NCBI RefSeq assembly: GCF_006345805.1 | Contig: NC_043010.1 | Coordinates: forward strand, 53,568,001-53,632,000 | Length of the DNA stretch: 64,000 nt | Direction of reading: 5' to 3' | From: Octopus sinensis | Taxonomy: Eukaryota | Part shown: one piece after another, positions 56,577 to 64,000 of the stretch | How positions within the stretch are numbered: the first letter of the stretch is position 1 | Layout: each line of letters begins with the position of its first letter | Program-made: the position numbers and the translations under genes | Notes under the pieces: generated by a model | Database searches by the model: none | What the model was told of the DNA's origin: nothing | What the model saw: only the letters and a program-made list of their open reading frames with translations

Positions 56577-57597
56577 TATGTGTGTGTGTGTGTACACCCC
56601 ATCATACTCATACGCACGCACCCCACACACTCATGTATGTTTTGTATGTATGCATATATCCTTATCTTTGGTGTCTGGTTTGACGTTTGTACAGAGGATA
56701 ATAATGTGTATTCAAAATGCTAAGTTTGAAGTCGTTTGATAAATAACCTGTGCTAATGGAATAGTTATGTGGTTTTTAGAGCCATTGGGCATATATTCTA
56801 GCGGATAGGTGTGGTAAATTCGCACCCTTTGCTATAATTATAAATTTAGCTAAAAATATTACGTAAAAAGTTTTTATCACGCTTGCCACTTGAGGAAATC
56901 ATTGAAGTGATTTTATTCTTAATTGTATAGAAAGAAAAAAAAACATTTGCTCCAAATAAAATCGCATTTGCTGCGGGTTATTTTGATAAAACAAAAGAAA
57001 AAAACATGCTGTTGAGATAAGAAGATAAATTGGATTTTTACTAGTATATACGTACAAATCTATGTCTATGGCCGTACCACTTGATGTTCCTGTGGGTGTG
57101 TATAAATATTTGTATGTATGTGCTTGGATACATTTTACTGAAGATAACAAGTGGTTGCTTAACGCTAAGTTTGAATCGTTCACTATACAATTGATCAAAA
57201 GGTGTCATTTATTTTTTCATCTGTCCGATTACAACCTGTACTAATACAGTAGCGAGGTGGCTATTAGAGCCATCTTGCATCTATTTCTGGCGTGTAGGTG
57301 TGGTAAATATGCACCTTTATATAATCATCTACATGATTATAAATTTAGCATAAACTATTGCCTACAAGAGTTTAAATTTTCCTTGGACATTTGATAAACT
57401 CATTAGAGTGATTTTATCCTAATTCTATATAAAGAATATATACATATCTATGTGCACACACACATACACACATACATATACTCTTATTAAAGCTGATGAA
57501 AAAATATCACAAGACTGTTGCTCTTAGTTTCACGTTGCGTCTATGGAACGATTATGATTGTGTAGTGTGTGTATATCATTGAGGTGGGTGTGTTAAC

Positions 57598-57633
<36 letters not shown>

Positions 57634-58646
57634 ACACCCCATCATACTCATACGCACGCACCCCACACACTCATGTATGTTTTGTATGTATGCATATATC
57701 CTTTATCTTTGTGTGTCTGTGTTTGACGTTTGTACAGAGGATAATAATGTGTATTCAAAATGCTAAGTTTGAAGTCGTTTGATAAATAACCTGTGCTAAT
57801 GGAATAGTTATGTGGTTTTTAGAGCCATTGGGCATATATTTCTAGCGGATAGGTGTGGTAAATTCGCACCCTTTGCTATAATTATAAATTTAGCATAAAA
57901 TATTACGTAAAAAGTTTTATTTCACGCTTGCCACTTGAGGAAATCATTGAAGTGATTTTATTCTTAATTGTATAGAAAGAAAAAAAAAACATTTGCTCCA
58001 AATAAAATCGCATTTGCTGCGGGGTTATTTTGATAAAACAAAAGAAAAAACATGCTGTTGAGATAAGAAGATAAATTGGATTTTTACTAGTATATACATA
58101 CAAATCTATGTCTATGGCCGTACCACTTTGATGTTCCTGTGGGTGTGTATAAATATTTGTATGTATGTGCTTGGATACATTTTACTGAAGATAACAAGGT
58201 GTTTGCTTAACGCTAAGTTTGAATCGTTCACTATACAATTGATCAAAAGGTGTCATTTATTTTTTCATCTGTCCGATTACAACCTGTACTAATACAGTAG
58301 CGAGGTGGCTATTAGAGCCATCTTGCATCTATTTCTGGCGTGTAGGTGTAGTAAATATGCACCTTTAATATAATCATCTACATGATTATAAATTTAGCAT
58401 AAACTATTGCCTACAAGAGTTTAAATTTTCCTTGGACATTTGATAAACTCATTAGAGTGATTTTATCCTTAATTCTATATAAAGAATATATACATATCTA
58501 TGTGCACACACACATACACACATACATATACTCTTATTAAAGCTGAAAAAATATCACAAGACTGTTGCTCTTAGTTTCACGTTGCCGTCTATGGAACGAT
58601 TATGATTGTGTAGTGTGTGTATATCAGTGAGCGTGGGTGTGTTAAC

Positions 58647-58670
<24 letters not shown>
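56577..58670. repeat. ~1.04-kb tandem duplication (two near-identical copies)
   Basis: ~56577-57619 vs ~57620-58670; differences are mostly 1-bp indels. Confidence 0.9.
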
Positions 58671-58712
<42 letters not shown>

Positions 58713-58936
58713 ATGACTATACCGGTGGAAATATGGAAATAGATAGAAACACATTACGTCATTTGTGTTGTCACTGGAATCTGGTCATGCTAGGGTACTG
58801 CCTTCTAAGATTTAGTGGACCATATTGACTCGATTCACACACACACGCACACACATACACAAAAACACACACACATATATTATATATACATACATGTATA
58901 TATATATATATACTTACATACATACATATATATATA

Positions 58937-58968
<32 letters not shown>

Positions 58969-59301
58969 GTATGCATATACAATTAAGGATCATTTGAATT
59001 TGGTACTTAAATTGAGACACCTTGTTGCGTCCGAGTAACATGCATGCACAACGATATCAATGAATATCAACCTTGGTGCATAAGTGCTGGCCGCGTGATA
59101 TTCTTGCAGTGTATGCAAATAATACGATCTAGCTGAGAGACAAAATCCGCTCTTTGCTATTCATATATGTACTTTATATTAAAAATACCGTCTATAATAC
59201 TCACAAAGCGTAGATTCGATGGTAGATGAATACAATATAAGAGGTACAGGTTTCAATACATCACAGCCGTTTCCAACCACACCCTTTAATTGATTAATGC
59301 C

Positions 59302-59470
59302 AACATTACATCATTGTAAAGAAACCGTTTTCGCCAAATGAATTCATTATCGTGAAACATAAAGGACTCCGTGAATTTGTTAGTTATGCTGAATAAGTCG
59401 AACTGTCCCTTAATGTATGAAGATCATGAATTCATCTCACGAAAACGGTTTCTTTACAATGATGCAATGT
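59302..59470. repeat. Imperfect inverted repeat (~45-bp arms), MITE-like
   Basis: acattacatcattgtaaagaaaccgttttcg / cgaaaacggtttctttacaatgatgcaatgt. Confidence 0.7.
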
Positions 59471-59998
59471 TCTCAAAGCGATAAATGGTATTACTAATGT
59501 TGTCTAAAAATTCCATGTTTCATTTGTTGTTACAGATTTATTCCCTTACCTAACTTCATGACATTGCTTTTAATAAATCTTGATTTTTATGACTATGCCA
59601 TCTAGAATGTCTGTCTACTCCCTAAGCCCTACCTCAAACAAATACTGCCCTCTGTTTCTCTCAGTCTTAAATAAACAAGGGTTTTGATAAACTGGTCTAT
59701 AAATTGAAACTGACCCATCAAAAATAAAAATATCAGTGACAGGCAGTGACTCCTTGAACATTTTAGTTACGACTATGCTGTTGTAGGTACAACATGTTCT
59801 TTGTCTATCTTCTTAACTTCTTGGAGATTTTATGTATAATTATACTGTGTCCATCGGTTCTAATTTAATTAAATTCTATGTCTTTGTGCAGCTGAAGATC
59901 GCTCTACATTTGTTGTAATGATTGAAATGTTCAATTAAATGGAGTTGCATGAAACGATCGTACTGCATTACCTCTGGATATCCTTGTTGCGTATTTTG

Positions 59999-60035
<37 letters not shown>

Positions 60036-61499
60036 GTGTACATACACAAGTAGAGAGCGAGCTAGCAGGTGGGTGAGAGCGAGAAACAGTGCGATGGGAA
60101 ACTATATATGTACACATATAGGTATATATATATATATATATATACATATGTATTTGTTTCTAGGTGTGTGTGTATAGACCTACGCTATAGTCATGCTGTC
60201 TTTCGACATGAAATATTTCCATTACCTAATAAGAAAATTGATTACCTGTCAAATCCTGTATAATGAGTTCATCTAAGTTCAAATCACACCCTATTTTCCA
60301 TAGCTTGGCCAGAGTGTTCTGTACAATATAGAGATCGAAGCAATATTAGGAAATTTAAAGTATACGACATATAACGAGAGGGAAAAACAGCTAGAGAAGT
60401 TATATGAGGGAGAAATATGTGACAAGAGTGATAAAGAAAGAGAAGGAAGCCGTGTAAGAATAAATATATATAGTTAAACAGAGGCTTGATCAGAGAGAAA
60501 AACAGAAAGAAATTAAGCAGTTTTACAGATGGGCGAAATTAAGGAATTAATTAAATAATGTGTGTGCGTTTATATGTGTGCGCGAGTGAGTGTGTGTGTG
60601 TGTGTCTGTGTGTGTGAGCGTGTTTCTGTGTTTATGTACATTTGCAGGTGTGTATATTTGCCTGAGATTAGTAGCTGGCAATTTCACAGGCGTTCAACAG
60701 ATACTACGTGTCAGTATTTAGTAAGGTCCCAAGGTTAATTTGCATTTCATCCCTTCAGAATTCGTAAATGAGATATCACTGAAAGAATGAATTCGATTTA
60801 ACCGACTATAACTTAATTTTAATATAAGGCGGCATCATTGCAGTCATAGAAAGCATACGGACTAAACCCATGACGTAGTATTTGTAATTAAGAACAAAAT
60901 ATTAAAATTTAAACGTTTATACAGATATCGTCAAATTTGTAATAAACATTTGATCATAGAAATTATATTGCCTTATAAAGACTGAATATTTTACATAATA
61001 TTAAATACAAAATTGGGTTAACATATTTAATCAGAAGTAAAAATAACAGGGTAAAATATGTTTAATACACTTTTAATTTAAATATTATTCGGTAAATATG
61101 TTAAAATGTAACAAATTAATATTCAATATGTAAATTAGTAAATTTATAATGCCTGGGGTTTCTACGGTTATTTTGAAAAGTAAAACACTATTAGATGTTC
61201 GTAGTGGGAAATAGTAATTAAAACCTTTATTCATCATTTTATATCTTAATGAATCTTGATCTTATTAATGGTGTAAAGTCCAAAACGTAGAACTAAATGT
61301 GCAGTTTTGGGAGAAACGAATTGGAAAATTATCTTCACTCTATCTTGTAGCAGATTCCCAGCATGGCCACAGCTCGTGAGCTGAGACTAGAGGAAATGAA
61401 AAAAAATCATGATGTGAACGCAGTTTCGAGATAGTAACATTCTATTACTTGTGAGTCAAATTCAAGTATATTTCTGCTACGATGAACTATAACGCTGGC

Positions 61500-61561
<62 letters not shown>

Positions 61562-61565
<4 letters not shown>

Positions 61566-61895
61566 AATTGCAGCGTGGAAGGTGTTTGTAAGCCATTTAA
61601 GAAACACACAAAAGCCGTTCGATTCACTTCAACATTTAAGTTTAATTTGTCAAAATATTTTCGTCGCTTTAAGACCGCGACCTGTTCACTGACAAAACTC
61701 CGTGCTGCCAGTGAACAGGTCGCGGTCTTAAAGCGACAAAAATATTTTGACAAATGAAACTTAAATGTTGAAGTGCATCGAACGGCTTTTGAGTGTTTCT
61801 TAAATGGCTTACAAACACCTTCTACGCTGCAATTGTTTTCGTTTCAGCACACGATCTCAGATCAAATCACTTGCTATGCAAGTACATCTCCGTAA
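61562..61895. mobile_element. Fold-back element (~130-bp arms) in (TA)n carrying a variant hammerhead
   Basis: 61562-61691 is mirrored at 61709-61838 with a few mismatches; spacer ~17 nt. Confidence 0.75.
61646..61696 (-). ncRNA. Minimal hammerhead ribozyme with G3-C8 swapped core
   Basis: Reverse complement: tttgtca-GTGAACA-g-gtcgc ggtcttaaa gcgac-GAAA-atat-TT-tgacaaa. Perfect 7-bp stem I and 5-bp stem II. Confidence 0.65.
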
Positions 61896-62031
61896 TATAT
61901 ATATATATATAAGTTAATTCCAAATATTTATTTCATATCAAGTTGTTTTATGAATAATATGAATAAGAAAACCTCTGCCTAAGATTTTCTTCGTGTTTAT
62001 AATGTATCTTAGAAAAGCTCTTGTACATTGA

Positions 62032-62088
<57 letters not shown>

Positions 62089-63353
62089 ATAATATATATA
62101 TATGTATGTATATATACATCTATATATGTATGTATATATATTAAATGAAAATGGAGAGATCAAACAGACATGTTAATTTATAAACGTAATATATTATCAT
62201 TATAATATAAATTTAAATATTAATAATCCCGACAAATGTTTCGATTTACATCTAAACTAATAAAAAAATTCATAAGGATTCATATTTTGCAAATATTTTG
62301 AGTAAAAATCTCACCAGAGCAAAGCAGGACACGAATTAGATATTAGCAGCTTGAAGTCTTAAAACAAACTGAACTAATCACTATATGTTTATGTATGTAA
62401 GTGTGAGCGACAATATCTTTATTGATAAAAAATTGAAAATTGAAAATAAAATGTAATATAACTGTTATAAAATATGTATGTGTATATATAAGAATATTAT
62501 ATTAAGGATAATTCCGCGCGTTAGTATTTCAACGCAGAAACAATTCGTTATGAAGCTATTATAAAACAGTAAATATTGACTTTTACTTCTATACCGTTGA
62601 GAAAAAAATACACATCTTACATAAAAATCTCACTCAAAAAAATATCCTTCATCCTCAACACGCCGACACTAAATAATACTATACGTTATACAATAATCAT
62701 TATTTATTTTTATCTATACTAGTTTGTATGTAGAATAATTAAATCAAAACTAATGTAGATATTACTATTTCTATTTTAAAGGAAATAAGCTATATTTATG
62801 TTTTCATATTTATGTGTGTGTATGTATTCATACATTCGAGTAAAGTAGTAGAACCGCAAAATACGTATTATCATAATAGAAATTTACTAAGCATATTAAA
62901 AAGGAAGCCCGTTATTTACAAGTTATAAACTAATGGCAAATGCGTTTATATAAATTCGATAAGCTTACTATATATTTATTTGTATATGTAATAAATCAAA
63001 TATTTAAAGTTTAAGTTAAATAAGCTCAAGATAGAATTATATAATCTTAAAATTATATTTAAAAAACATTTTTGAAAATAAAATAATATAATCATGAAGT
63101 TACAACTATTGTCCATCTACCAATAATTGTGTTCATATATCGATACTCATGAGAAATATATTACATTATATCATGTTCAAATATCAAGACCTATGAGAAA
63201 TTCCTTACTTTAAATAATTATATTATATAACATTATATTATATTATATAATAATACATTTATGTTAGCAATATATGAAATCATAGCAAATACCCTTATTA
63301 TATAATCCTTTAAATTTATGATAAAGCCATTACATCAAAAATGTTTATCACAT

Positions 63354-63843
63354 GCAATAAAAATCTCTGAACGAGATGTAAACAGTAACCGCTCGACAAC
63401 GTAAAGTATACTAGCCATTGGGGCTAAAAGCTACAGTAACACCCACCCTTAGTGGTTAGCCATATTGAAATGGCTAGTATGCTTTACGTTGTCGAGCGGT
63501 TACTGTTTACATCTCGTTCAAAGATTTATTATTGCTTGCAGACAGTTTTTCGAAATCAGTGACGGAAGTTACTAGAAAAACAATAAGTATTTGCAAACAG
63601 GTCTCCCTTCATCGTAAACCGGTGACTGCCGTACGCCGAAGACAGGCAAACACCTAGAAACTGCAGTCCGTGCGTATCACTTAGATTTACGAGAGAGGGA
63701 TGACCTCCCTTTGAAAATACCATAAGCGCACAGAAAGTGTGCCTGAAGCCAGCTGGAGACGATGATCTCCTGGGGCTAAAAGCTACAGTAACACCCACCA
63801 TTAGTGGTTAGCCATATTGAAATGGCTAGTATAATTTACGTTT
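63354..63843. mobile_element. Penelope-like inverted plus partial-tandem structure (period 352 bp)
   Basis: Arms 63354-63419 / 63469-63535 are inverted; 63420-~63490 is repeated at 63772-63843. Confidence 0.6.
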
Positions 63844-63867
63844 ATCAAATGATAAAAAATAAATGCG

Positions 63868-64000
63868 ACCTTTTAAAGCCTAGCCAGGCTCATGGGCCCG
63901 GTTTCCCGGTTTCATCGCAGCGTTACTCATTTTGCCAGCTGAGTGGACACGAGCAACGTGAAATGAAGTGTTTTGCTCAAGAACACCACGCGTCGCCCGG
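63868..64000 (-). mobile_element. SINE with CORE-like body and family C tail (runs off window)
   Basis: Tail matches 565-610; body reverse complement cttgagcaaaacacttcatttcacgttgctc. Confidence 0.7.

Overview
AT-rich, microsatellite-dense eukaryotic non-coding DNA. The SINE families and simple-repeat content point to an octopod cephalopod (Octopus-like); this is inference. I find no intact host protein-coding gene, and most ORFs in the track are translations of (TA)n, (CA)n, (TCTA)n or SINEs. The window holds many tRNA-derived SINEs (three main families, with dimers, nesting and swapped tails) and fragments of RTE, R4/Dong-like and Penelope (GIY-YIG) retroelements. It also holds mariner, piggyBac, Helitron, Helentron/DINE-like and MULE-like DNA elements, several local duplications and palindromes, and possibly a very decayed protocadherin-like pseudogene. 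The most notable signal is a set of unrelated, ORF-less elements of about 300-950 bp sitting in (TA)n tracts that carry minimal type I hammerhead ribozyme folds, several in Penelope-like direct-plus-inverted arrangements. Two families have canonical cores (7.2/7.7 kb and 22.9/23.3 kb). Two others have the tertiary C3-G8 pair swapped to G3-C8 (30.85 kb and 61.67 kb). All folds were assigned by eye and none has been tested.
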